A DNA stretch of 54,007 nt from Acidobacteriota bacterium. Its GTDB lineage: Bacteria > Acidobacteriota > Vicinamibacteria > Vicinamibacterales > UBA2999. Location of the stretch: positions 1 through 54,007 of the forward strand of contig JANNIB010000313.1 of NCBI GenBank assembly GCA_031404695.1. The letters are read 5' to 3'. The position numbers and the translations under genes are program-made. Below, one piece after another: positions 41,685 through 50,151 of the stretch; the stretch's first letter is position 1, and each line of letters starts with the position of its first letter. Below the pieces are notes generated by a model. That model was given only the letters and a program-made list of their open reading frames with translations. It made no database searches and was not told where the DNA came from.

Positions 41685-41708
41685 AGCTTTCGCCCCGGCG
41701 GCCGATTG
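41682..41708 (+). promoter_or_regulatory. sigma-28-type promoter overlapping the motB2 stop codon
   Basis: TAAA (41682-41685, includes the TAA stop), a 15 nt spacer, then GCCGATTG (41701-41708). It lies about 90 nt upstream of the kinase-like gene. Confidence 0.6.
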
Positions 41709-41725
41709 GCCCACCGGGGAACAAC

Positions 41726-41745
41726 CGCCGGCCCGGAGGCCGGCG
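41726..41745 (+). terminator. GC hairpin, either a motB2 terminator or a leader structure of the downstream operon
   Basis: CGCCGGCC-CGGA-GGCCGGCG is a perfect 8 bp stem. There is no U-tract. It lies downstream of the sigma-28 match. Confidence 0.4.
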
Positions 41746-41794
41746 CCGGCTGGCGGACGACCGCTGCCGGGTGCCCGTTCCCGCGAGGTATTCG

Positions 41795-43360
41795 ATGCCA
41801 GCCCCGCTCTCTGCCGCTTCCGTGTTTCCGACGCCCCTCGCGCCCGCCGCTGATGCCGGCGCGCCCGTCGCCGAGCTGGTCGTGTCGCCGGACGGTCGCA
41901 TCCTCGAATGTGGCGCCGCCGCCGCCCGCGTGCTCGGCCTGGCCGACCCGCGCGAGGCGATGGGCGTGCATCTGAGCCTGTTCTGCCGCGACGCCGACCG
42001 TCTGGCCGAGGCGCTGGGGGCCGCCGCCGTCACCGGGCGCCTGGAGCGCTGGGACGCCGACTTCGTGAAGCTCGACGGCAAGGCCCTGCCGGCGGTCGTG
42101 GACCTCGTGGCATCGTTCGAGGCGCCGCGCACGCTCACATCGCTGCGCGTGTCGATCAAACCTGTCACGGCCTGGCCCACGCCGGCACCGGGACCGACCG
42201 CCGTGCCCACCCGGCGCGACGAGGCCAGCCAGCTCTCGCACGAACTGAACAACCTGCTCGCCATTATCAGCGGTCACGCCGAGTGCCTCGTGACGCCCGG
42301 CGCCGGCGCCGCCGATGCGGGCGCCGTCGAAGCCATCCGCCGCGCCGTCGCCGCCGCCGCGCAGGTGTCGGCCCGCGTGCGCGGCCTGAGCCAGCGCCGC
42401 GCCCAGGCCACGCGGGCGGTCGACATCGATGCGTTGCTCGCCGCCGTGCAGGACGACCTGCGGCGGACCTTCGGCCATCGCTTGTCGGTGGCCGTGCAGC
42501 CGGCGCCCCATCCATGGACGGTCTCGGTCGACCGCGCGGTCGTGCACCATGCGCTGGCGGCCCTGGCCGCCGAGGCCATCGAATCGATGCCGCACGGGGG
42601 CACGCTGAGCTTCCGCACGATGAACGTCGAGGTGGGTCTGCGCCGGCCGATGTCGCCGGTGTCGGCGCGTCCGGGCCGCTACGTGCGCGTCGAGGTCAGC
42701 TACCTGACGACCGAGATGCCGGCCGAGAGCACGCCGCAGCGGCGCGACAGCGACGAAGCCGGCATGGCGGCCATCGAAGCGCTGCGCCGCGCCGGCGGCC
42801 GCGTCATGGTCGATACCGACGGTCATCGCGTGGCCAGCGTCGTGCTGCTGCTGCCGTCGGACGGGGTGACGGTGCTGCGTCCGCGCAACACCGAGGCCCG
42901 ACGCGAGTCGGGCCAGACCGTGGTGCTGGTCGAAGGCGATCCGACCCATCGCCGCCTGCTGCAGGCGGTGCTGCGCGGGCAGGGGCACGACGTGGAGACG
43001 GCGGCCACGGCCGCGGAGGCCGACCGGATCACGGGCCTGCAGGGTGATGCGGTGCTCGTGACCGACCGGCTGCCGGGCGCGTCGCCGGCCGAAGCCGCCG
43101 CGTGGCTGGCCGCGCGGCCGGCGCTCAAGGTGCTGGGCACCTCCGACGAGGTGGCGCGAGCCCTGGCGCTGCTGACCGAACCGCGTCAGGCGCTGGCGAT
43201 TTCGCGCCCGCTCGCGGCCCTGCAGATCACCGAAGCCGTGAAGGCGCTGTTTGACGGACAGGCGGCCCTCGACGGGCCCGAGAGCGGTGCCGACGTGCTC
43301 GCACCGCTGTGGTTCAAGCGCGACGGTAGTGAGCCGATTCATCCATTGGAGGCGTCCTGA
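41795..43360 (+). CDS. hybrid sensor histidine-kinase-like protein (PAS-like, HisKA, degenerate catalytic domain, receiver)
   Basis: The H-box is EASQLSHELNNLLAIISGHAE. The region where the N/G1/G2 boxes should lie reads ALAAEAIESMP...VEVSYLTTEMP...EAGMAAIEAL, with no NxxxN, DxGxG or GxGxG. The C-terminal receiver is VVLVEGDP...AVLVTDRLPG. ATG at 41795 with a GAGG Shine-Dalgarno; the GTG at 41771 is an alternative start. Confidence 0.8.
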   Translation: MPAPLSAASVFPTPLAPAADAGAPVAELVVSPDGRILECGAAAARVLGLADPREAMGVHLSLFCRDADRLAEALGAAAVTGRLERWDADFVKLDGKALPAVVDLVASFEAPRTLTSLRVSIKPVTAWPTPAPGPTAVPTRRDEASQLSHELNNLLAIISGHAECLVTPGAGAADAGAVEAIRRAVAAAAQVSARVRGLSQRRAQATRAVDIDALLAAVQDDLRRTFGHRLSVAVQPAPHPWTVSVDRAVVHHALAALAAEAIESMPHGGTLSFRTMNVEVGLRRPMSPVSARPGRYVRVEVSYLTTEMPAESTPQRRDSDEAGMAAIEALRRAGGRVMVDTDGHRVASVVLLLPSDGVTVLRPRNTEARRESGQTVVLVEGDPTHRRLLQAVLRGQGHDVETAATAAEADRITGLQGDAVLVTDRLPGASPAEAAAWLAARPALKVLGTSDEVARALALLTEPRQALAISRPLAALQITEAVKALFDGQAALDGPESGADVLAPLWFKRDGSEPIHPLEAS

Positions 43361-43365
43361 GGCGC

Positions 43366-44472
43366 ATGCCCCTGGGGACAGCGCGCGAGGGATTCATGAC
43401 GAACAACGCGGTTATCTCGCTCGATCTCAGACGTCGCGGACAGGAAAGCAACGAAGCGCTGGTGACGCGCCTGCTCGACGAGGTGCTGGCCTGGGCGCGA
43501 GACTTCCTCGCCGCCGACGAAGAAACCAGCTGGGGCGCCCTGGCGCTGCGCTTCGAGTCCTGCCGCACGGCCATTGCCGGCGGCGCCCCGTCCACCGACG
43601 TAGAGGCGCTGGCCGCGGCCTGTCTCACCGAGGGACGCGAGCTCATCCAGCACCTCCAGCAACTGCGCAAACAGCGCGTCGAAGAATCGTTCGCCGTCGT
43701 CGAGGCGTTGCGCGATGTGATGACGACCATGGGTGCCGAGATGAGCACCATGCACACCAGCCTCACGCAGTCGACCGAGCGCTTCGAGGCGATCGGCCAG
43801 CTGAACGACGCGCGCCAGATGAAGGTGCGACTGATGGCCGAAGTGCTCACGCTGAAGCAGGTCGCCGCCCGGCGCCGCAGCGCGTGGGAAGAGACAGCCC
43901 GCACGTTGTCGCAGAAGGTGGCGGCGCTCGAGCGCGACTTGTCGGTGGTGAAGGGCGAGGCCTCGACCGACTCGCTGACCGGCGTCGCCAACCGGCGCGG
44001 CTTCGACGAGACGCTCGAGCGCTGGCTGACCAAGGCGGGCTCCGGCTTCGTGCTGGCGGTGCTCGACATCGACGACTTCAAGCGCATCAACGACGCGCAT
44101 GGGCACGCGGTGGGCGACGAGGTGCTGCGCTACGTGGCGAAGTGCCTGATGCAGTCGTTCCGCAGCGACGACCTGGTGGCGCGCGTCGGCGGCGACGAGT
44201 TCGCGGTGCTGGCCGCCGGCTTGACCTCGCGCCAGGCGGAACACCGCCTGGCGGGCGTGGTGACGCGCATCGCGGCCGGTAATCCGGGGGACGAAGGACG
44301 TCCGGCCTGCGTGCCGACGCTCAGCTGCGGTCTGTCGGAGTGCGCGGCCGGGGATACGCCGGCCAGTCTCTACGAACGCGCCGACGGCGCGCAGTACATC
44401 GCCAAGCGGCAGGGCAAGAACCGCGTCGTTGCCAAGGACGCCAGGTTGCTGCGCGACCTCGGAAAGCACTGA
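43366..44472 (+). CDS. diguanylate cyclase (coiled-coil N-terminus plus GGDEF)
   Basis: DSLTGVANRRGF, LDIDDFKRINDAHGHAVGDEVL and RSDDLVARVGGDEFAV (I-site plus intact GGDEF). The ATG at 43396 is an alternative start. Confidence 0.9.
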   Translation: MPLGTAREGFMTNNAVISLDLRRRGQESNEALVTRLLDEVLAWARDFLAADEETSWGALALRFESCRTAIAGGAPSTDVEALAAACLTEGRELIQHLQQLRKQRVEESFAVVEALRDVMTTMGAEMSTMHTSLTQSTERFEAIGQLNDARQMKVRLMAEVLTLKQVAARRRSAWEETARTLSQKVAALERDLSVVKGEASTDSLTGVANRRGFDETLERWLTKAGSGFVLAVLDIDDFKRINDAHGHAVGDEVLRYVAKCLMQSFRSDDLVARVGGDEFAVLAAGLTSRQAEHRLAGVVTRIAAGNPGDEGRPACVPTLSCGLSECAAGDTPASLYERADGAQYIAKRQGKNRVVAKDARLLRDLGKH

Positions 44473-44480
44473 GGCGGGAC

Positions 44481-45560
44481 ATGCGGGATACCGGGGCGCG
44501 CCGCGTTCTCATCGTCGACGACTCGCCCGCGTTCACCGATGCGCTCAAGCGCCTGCTGACCGCCGAGGGTTTCGTCGCCGACGTGCTGCACGACAGCGAA
44601 GGCGTGATCGGCGCCGTGGCGCAGTTTGCGCCCGATGTGGTGCTGCTCGACGTGGACCTGCCGGGGGCCAGCGGCTTCGAGGTCTGCCGCCGGTTGAAGC
44701 GCTACGAGGCCACCCGACTCATCCCGGTCGTGCTGCTGACGGGTCTCGTGGGCCGCGAGCACCGCCTGGCCGGGATCGAGGCCGGTGCCGACGACTTCCT
44801 GACCAAGCCGTTCGATTCCTCCGAACTCACCGCCCGCGTGCGATCGCTGTCGCGCCTCAAGCGCTACACCGACGAACTCGAGTCGGCCGAGTCGGTCATC
44901 GTGAGCCTGGCACTCACCGTGGAAGCGCGCGACGCCTACACGGAGGGCCACTGCGACCGTCTGTCGAGTTATGCGGTGGCGCTCGGCCGGGCGATCGGCC
45001 TGTCGGCCGACGACCTGTGGGCGCTGCAGAAGGGCGGCCTGCTGCACGACGTGGGCAAGGTGGGCATCCCCGATGCCATCCTGCTGAAGCAGGGGCGGCT
45101 GACGCCGGAGGAATACGAGATCGTCAAGTCGCACACCGTCATCGGCGAACGGCTCTGTTCGGGCCTGCGATCGCTGACCTCGGTGCGGCCGATCATCCGG
45201 CAGCATCACGAGCGCCTCGATGGGCGCGGTTATCCGGATGGCTTGAAGGGCAGTGAGGTGTCGCTGCTGGCGCAGATTATCGGCGTCGTCGACGCCTTCG
45301 ATGCGATGACGACCGACCGGCCCTACCGCCGCTCGCTGGGCATCGACCGCGCCTTCGACGAGCTGCGTGGCGACGTGACGAACGGCGCGATGGACGCCAT
45401 GCTGGTCGAGCGCTTCATCGACCTGGCACCGGCCATCCACGCCGTGGCACCGATGCGCGGCGGGTGGGACGACGCGCATGCGGCACGCACCGTAGAGACG
45501 TCGCCCTCAGCCGAGCCGCCCAGGCCAGTGACGCACCTGGAGGCAGTCGCTGGCCGCTAG
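44481..45560 (+). CDS. response regulator with HD-GYP domain (RpfG-type c-di-GMP phosphodiesterase)
   Basis: The receiver is VLIVDDSP...VVLLDVDLPGASG...TKPF. The HD-GYP part has EGHCDRL, LLHDVGKVGIPD and HHERLDGRGYPDGL. Confidence 0.9.
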   Translation: MRDTGARRVLIVDDSPAFTDALKRLLTAEGFVADVLHDSEGVIGAVAQFAPDVVLLDVDLPGASGFEVCRRLKRYEATRLIPVVLLTGLVGREHRLAGIEAGADDFLTKPFDSSELTARVRSLSRLKRYTDELESAESVIVSLALTVEARDAYTEGHCDRLSSYAVALGRAIGLSADDLWALQKGGLLHDVGKVGIPDAILLKQGRLTPEEYEIVKSHTVIGERLCSGLRSLTSVRPIIRQHHERLDGRGYPDGLKGSEVSLLAQIIGVVDAFDAMTTDRPYRRSLGIDRAFDELRGDVTNGAMDAMLVERFIDLAPAIHAVAPMRGGWDDAHAARTVETSPSAEPPRPVTHLEAVAGR

Positions 45561-46816
45561 AACTCGCCCCCGGGACCGCGTGGCACCGCCATGCGGTCGC
45601 CACCGCCCCCGCCGCCGCCCGAGTAGCCCGAGCCGCTGACGCCGCTCGAACCGCTCGAACCCGGGTTGTCGCCGCCACTCATGCCGCTGCTGCGGCCGCC
45701 GTCGCCGCCTGACGAGAACGTCGTCTCGATCGGCCGCACCTGCGTGTAGCCGCGGCCGTTGACCAGACGGCCCTCGGCCACCGGTTCGGTGGGCGTCGAG
45801 GGGCCGCCGGTGCCCGGCTGCGTCGCGACCCAGTCGGGCCCGTAGGGACCCCAGTAGCCGTAGTAGTAGCCGGGATAGCGCGAATACATCAGCGGGTCGT
45901 AGCCGGCGCAGCTGCCCCAGTAACTCGACGACGCCCAGCCCAGATTGGAATAGCAGTTGAAGAGCGCCGCCGGACCGACCAACGGCGAGAAGAACGGATC
46001 GGTCATCGACGAGATGCCGATGCCGCCGCCGCCCCCGCCGAAGCCGCCGGAGGTGGCGCGACGCACTTCGAACTTCGCCGGATAGGTGACGCCCACCATC
46101 AGGTCGATGACGCGGTCGCCGACGCCGGCGTCGGCCATGGCGATGAGGGCCTTGGCGTTGAGGCGGTACGGCGTCGGCGCTTCGGAAATCGCCGCCTGCA
46201 CGCCGTCGGCGGGCAACGCGCCGCTCAGATCGATGACGTCGGCCACGGTGAACGGCGCCATCGACTCGGCCGACGGCCCGCGCGTGCCGGCGGCGCGGGT
46301 GAGGGTGGTGCCGTCGGGCAGTTGCTGGTTCGACGCGCGCACGAGGCGGCTGACGCGCACGTTGGTGGTGCCGTCGGCTTCCACGGTTTCCACGTCCACC
46401 ATCGCCTGGCCGGCGACGAAGAACGACGCGGTGGCGAGTGTACGCGGCGCGCCGCCGTCGCAGGCCACGGTCGCGCGGCGATACAGGCGGTGGCCGGTGG
46501 CCGACCAGCGCGCCGTTTCGGTGCCTCGGCAGCCGTCAGCATCGACCGGGCGCGCCGAGCCGTCGGCCACCCGGGTGTCTTCGCCGACGCGCTGGCCGCC
46601 GACGATGGTCGTGACCGTCACGCCCGTCCCCGCCGGCGCGATGCAGATGCGGGAGCCGGTGCCGGCCGGATCGTCCACCGCGCGCCAGCAGCCGAGGAAG
46701 GGGTTCCAGCGGGCATCAATGAGCGAGGGCGTGGTGGCGGCTGGCGACTGCGCCTGTGCGGGGGCCGCGACGGCGGCGAGTGAGAGCAGGGATGCAGCGA
46801 AGATGGCTCGGGTCAT
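45557..46816 (-). CDS. secreted hypothetical protein with Gly/Tyr/Ser-rich low-complexity C-terminus
   Basis: The signal peptide is MTRAIFAASLLSLAAVAAPAQAQ. The C-terminal part includes YPGYYYGYWGPYGPDW and GSSGSSGVSGSGYSGGGGGGG. Confidence 0.6.
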   Translation of the reverse strand: MTRAIFAASLLSLAAVAAPAQAQSPAATTPSLIDARWNPFLGCWRAVDDPAGTGSRICIAPAGTGVTVTTIVGGQRVGEDTRVADGSARPVDADGCRGTETARWSATGHRLYRRATVACDGGAPRTLATASFFVAGQAMVDVETVEADGTTNVRVSRLVRASNQQLPDGTTLTRAAGTRGPSAESMAPFTVADVIDLSGALPADGVQAAISEAPTPYRLNAKALIAMADAGVGDRVIDLMVGVTYPAKFEVRRATSGGFGGGGGGIGISSMTDPFFSPLVGPAALFNCYSNLGWASSSYWGSCAGYDPLMYSRYPGYYYGYWGPYGPDWVATQPGTGGPSTPTEPVAEGRLVNGRGYTQVRPIETTFSSGGDGGRSSGMSGGDNPGSSGSSGVSGSGYSGGGGGGGDRMAVPRGPGGEF

Positions 46817-46850
46817 GGCAGTGTCTCCCGGACGAGCGGTGGCTCCCGGA

Positions 46851-47639
46851 CTAGAAGACCAGCTTCAGGCTGGCGCCGAGTCGGGCGCCGGCCAGATCGA
46901 TTGGTTCGAAGTCCACGAAGTCGGCGCTGAGCGGGGCCGAACTCCAGGTGTAACGCGCTTCGCCGGTGACGTAGAGCCGGCGATAGACGCGCAGGTCGGC
47001 GCCGGCGAGCACGTGCGCGCTCGGCGCCCATCCCGTCGACCGGAAGGTGTCGTTGAAGACGCGCAGCGTCTGGAAGTCGACGAAGCTGCCGTGCTGCTCG
47101 AACTGGTACTTGATGGCGCCGGCGCCGGCGCCGACAAACGGGGTGACGGCGCGCGGCACCCAGGCGAAGCGGCTGATGCGGCGGCCGGAGGGCAGCAGCG
47201 ACCAGCGCACGGTGCCGGCAATCTGATGATCCTGCCGCATCGTGGTCTGCGTGATCGGCAATCCGGCGTTGTCGATGAAGTCGCGATACTCCGACGCCGT
47301 CTGTGACTTGGCGTTCTCGTAGAGGACGGCGACTTCGACGCGCGGCGAGATGGCGACGCCGATGCGCCCGCCGACGATCGGCGTGTTGAAGTTCTTCCGC
47401 TCGAGCGTCAACTGCTCGGTGAGGAAGTCGTAGAGGTCGCTGCCGGCGCTGGCGAAGAGGAAGCCGCCATCCACCGACACGAAGCCTCGGGGCCGGCCGA
47501 GCATGAAGTCGGACGGGGCCGATGGCGTGATGACGGGCGTGGGCGCCGACTGGGCGCGGGCGCCGGGGACGCTGGCGACGAGCACCGCGAGCGCGATGAG
47601 GACTGCGCGAAGGAACAGGACCGACCGCCCGTGGTTCAT
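46851..47639 (-). CDS. small outer-membrane beta-barrel protein
   Basis: The signal peptide is MNHGRSVLFLRAVLIALAVLVASVPGARAQS. The sequence has alternating hydrophobic strands and a terminal LKLVF (C-terminal Phe). A GGGAGG Shine-Dalgarno precedes the ATG at 47639. Confidence 0.7.
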   Translation of the reverse strand: MNHGRSVLFLRAVLIALAVLVASVPGARAQSAPTPVITPSAPSDFMLGRPRGFVSVDGGFLFASAGSDLYDFLTEQLTLERKNFNTPIVGGRIGVAISPRVEVAVLYENAKSQTASEYRDFIDNAGLPITQTTMRQDHQIAGTVRWSLLPSGRRISRFAWVPRAVTPFVGAGAGAIKYQFEQHGSFVDFQTLRVFNDTFRSTGWAPSAHVLAGADLRVYRRLYVTGEARYTWSSAPLSADFVDFEPIDLAGARLGASLKLVF

Positions 47640-47728
47640 GTTGCGCCTCCCGACAGACACGGCACTCGGTTACCAAGCTAGCACGGAGACCGGCAGGTCG
47701 AGCGGAATTCGCCGGGGAGGGGGCGAAC

Positions 47729-47804
47729 TGGAGCCGGCGATAGGACTTGAACCTACGACCTGCTGATTACGAATCAGCTGCTCTACCAACTGAGCTACGC
47801 CGGC
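47729..47804 (-). tRNA. tRNA-Thr (anticodon CGU), CCA encoded
   Basis: A manual cloverleaf fits. The acceptor stem is GCCGGCG/CGCCGGC. The D arm is GCTC-AGTTGGTA-GAGC. The anticodon arm is GCTGA-TTCGTAA-TCAGC. The T arm is GTAGG-TTCAAGT-CCTAT. Discriminator T, then CCA. Confidence 0.95.
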
Positions 47805-47862
47805 TCGGCGTGGGTGCCTGACGCATCGGGAACCCGATGGCCAAGACAGGCGATTCTACCAC

Positions 47863-47879
47863 CCCCGGCACAGCCGGGG
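47863..47879 (-). terminator. hairpin after the PAS-GGDEF-EAL gene, followed on the minus strand by a TAGAAT -10-like box for the tRNA
   Basis: CCCCGGC-TGT-GCCGGGG is a 7 bp stem. TAGAAT lies at 47858-47853, about 45 nt upstream of the tRNA 5' end. No clear -35 is present. Confidence 0.35.
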
Positions 47880-47900
47880 AAGGCGGAAGCGCCGCGGCGC

Positions 47901-49667
47901 TCAGGTGGCGGCAACGGCGGTGTCGGAGCCGCGACGCCGTCGGGCCGAGCCCGGGGCGGCCCCGGCCCACCAGTCGGTGCCGCCGGTAGCGTCGAGTTCC
48001 AGCAGCCGCAGCAACTCGTCGGCCGGCACGGCCCGCGAGAACAGGAAGCCCTGGCCGAGCGGGCAGCTCAGCTTCTTGAGCGCCAGCAGCTCCGACGGCG
48101 TCTCGATGCCCTCGGCGACCGCCTCGATGCCGAGGATGGCGGCCACTTCGATGGCGTACTGCACGATGGCGGCGCTGCCGCCGTGTTGCGGGTTGCCGCC
48201 CAGGTAGCTGCGGTCGATCTTGAGCGTGTGGACGCCGAGCGCGCGCAGGTGTTCGGTGGCGGCCAGGCCGAGGCCGAAGTCGTCGAGCGCGAGCTTGAAC
48301 TCGGCCTGCCGCAGCGCCTGCGCCACCTCGACCGCGCGTTCGAAGTTCGACATCACATCGAGCTCCGACAGCTCGAGTTCGAGGTCGCCGGGCTGCACGC
48401 CGGCCTCGGTCACGGCGTTGGTGAGCCGGGCGACCAGGTCCGGCGCCAGGAACTGCGAACTCGAGAGGTTGACCGAGATACGCATGGCCTGCGCCGGCGC
48501 ATGCACCGTCCGCCACTGCGCCAGGGCCCGGCACGCATCGCGGATGGTGCGCCAGCCGAGCGGCACGAGCTGCCCGGCCTGCTCGAGCAGCGGCACGAAG
48601 ATGTTGGGACGCAGCAGCCCGCGCGCCGGATGCCGCCAGCGCAGCAGCGCCTCGGCCCGCACGATTGAGCCGTCACCCAGGTGCACGGTGGGCTGGAACC
48701 ACATCTCGAACTGCCGGTCGCGGATGCCGAGGTCGAGGTCGTTGGCAAACTCCATGAACTCCGAGGCGGCGGCCCGCGCCGAGTCGTCGAAGAGCTGCGT
48801 TTCGGCGGGACCGCGGGCCTTGGCGCGCACCAGCGCCGAGTAGGCGTCGCGCAGCAGGTCGTCCACCGAGTCGTGCCCGGCGCTGTTGATGGCGATGCCG
48901 ACGCAGGCCGAGGCGAACAGCCGATGGCCGGCGATTGGAAAGGCCGCCGCCAGCGCGTCGTGCAGCCGGGCCGCGACGCGCAGCGCATCACGGGCGTCGA
49001 CGAGGTTCGAGATGACCAGCGCGCACTCGTCGCCGCCAAGCGGCGGCAGCGCGACGTCGCCGGCGACCGCGTGGGTGTCGTGGACGCCGATGCGGGCCAC
49101 GAGATCGCCCTCACGCAGGCACCGCGCCAGGCGCCGCAGCGCCTCGCGCAGCAGCAGGTCGCCGCCGTCGTGGCCGAGCAGCTCGTTGAGCGCCCCGAAG
49201 CGGTCGAAGTCCACCAGCAGCAGCGCAAAGCGCGCCGCCGGCGTCTCGCGCGCCGATGTGATCAGGCGATCGACGTGCGCCCTCAGAGCGAAGAGGCCCG
49301 GTAGTCCGGCCAGGGTGTCGGTGCGGTTGCGCTCCTGCACGTCGGCCAGGGTGCCGGCCAGACGCACGGCGCGGCCGGCGGGATCGCGGTCGGCCACGCC
49401 TTCGGCGACCACCCAGCGAAAAGCGCCGCCGTGCGCGCGCAGCCGGTGTTCGCAGCGGAAGGCCGGCGCGGCGCCGCTCAGGTGGCGGTCGAGCGCGTGC
49501 ATGACCGAGGCGACATCATCCGGGTGCACGCGGCCGAGCCACGCATGCAGTGACTCGACGGTGTTGCCTTTGGCATCACCCAGCAGGCCATGCCACGCCG
49601 CCGAATAGGCGACGCGATCGGAGGTGACGGTCCACTCCCACGTTGCGCTCAGGGGCGCGTCAGGCAT
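47901..49667 (-). CDS. PAS, degenerate GGDEF, and EAL protein (probable c-di-GMP phosphodiesterase)
   Basis: The PAS part is WEWTVTSDRVAYSAAWHGLLG...VHPDD. The GGDEF site reads ARIGVHDTHAVAGDVALPPLGGDECALV, i.e. an insertion plus GGDEC. The EAL side is intact: EALLRW, NLS, ELSE, DDFGLG, KIDRSY, EGIET and QGFLF. Confidence 0.88.
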   Translation of the reverse strand: MPDAPLSATWEWTVTSDRVAYSAAWHGLLGDAKGNTVESLHAWLGRVHPDDVASVMHALDRHLSGAAPAFRCEHRLRAHGGAFRWVVAEGVADRDPAGRAVRLAGTLADVQERNRTDTLAGLPGLFALRAHVDRLITSARETPAARFALLLVDFDRFGALNELLGHDGGDLLLREALRRLARCLREGDLVARIGVHDTHAVAGDVALPPLGGDECALVISNLVDARDALRVAARLHDALAAAFPIAGHRLFASACVGIAINSAGHDSVDDLLRDAYSALVRAKARGPAETQLFDDSARAAASEFMEFANDLDLGIRDRQFEMWFQPTVHLGDGSIVRAEALLRWRHPARGLLRPNIFVPLLEQAGQLVPLGWRTIRDACRALAQWRTVHAPAQAMRISVNLSSSQFLAPDLVARLTNAVTEAGVQPGDLELELSELDVMSNFERAVEVAQALRQAEFKLALDDFGLGLAATEHLRALGVHTLKIDRSYLGGNPQHGGSAAIVQYAIEVAAILGIEAVAEGIETPSELLALKKLSCPLGQGFLFSRAVPADELLRLLELDATGGTDWWAGAAPGSARRRRGSDTAVAAT

Positions 49668-49752
49668 CCCGGAAGGGAGAGGTGTCCCAGCCACCACGGT
49701 GGAGCGATGGTAGCCTCGCGGCGGCCGCAGGCCAAGAGGGAAGCTGGCGCCG

Positions 49753-50151
49753 TCAGGCCGGCAGCAGCTTTTCGACGCTCCGCACGAGGTGTTCGACGTC
49801 CACGGGCTTCGCCTCGAAGGCATCGCAGCCCACCCGCATCGCCATGTTGCGGGAGTCGGTCTGGGTGTTCTCCGAGAGCGCCACGACGAGGATGTGACGG
49901 GTGACCGGGTCGGCTTTCAGCCGGCGCGCCGACTCCCAGCCCTCGAGGGCCGGCGGATCCATGTCCATGAGAATCACGTCGGGCTTGTCGGTGCGGACCG
50001 CTTCGAGCGCCTCGCGTCCGGACCGGGCAAAGCGCGTCCGGAAGCCGCGGGCGAGCAGTGAGCGCACCATGGTCTGGCGTACCGTCTCCTGGTCGTTGAC
50101 GACGAGAACGCTCCTGCCGGCGGCGCTGTGTGGTGTGGGGCCCATCCTCAT
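49753..50151 (-). CDS. single-domain CheY-like response regulator
   Basis: VLVVNDQE, DVILMDMDPPALEG, LVVALSE and EAKPV are receiver motifs. The start is uncertain: ATG at 50151 or GTG at 50193. Confidence 0.8.
   Translation of the reverse strand: MRMGPTPHSAAGRSVLVVNDQETVRQTMVRSLLARGFRTRFARSGREALEAVRTDKPDVILMDMDPPALEGWESARRLKADPVTRHILVVALSENTQTDSRNMAMRVGCDAFEAKPVDVEHLVRSVEKLLPA

Noticed and set aside
47640-47900. tRNA-Thr considered as a possible integration hotspot or genomic-island boundary.
   Set aside because: There is no integrase, no direct repeat of the tRNA 3' end and no mobile-element gene on either side within the window. The flanking genes look like ordinary chromosomal genes.
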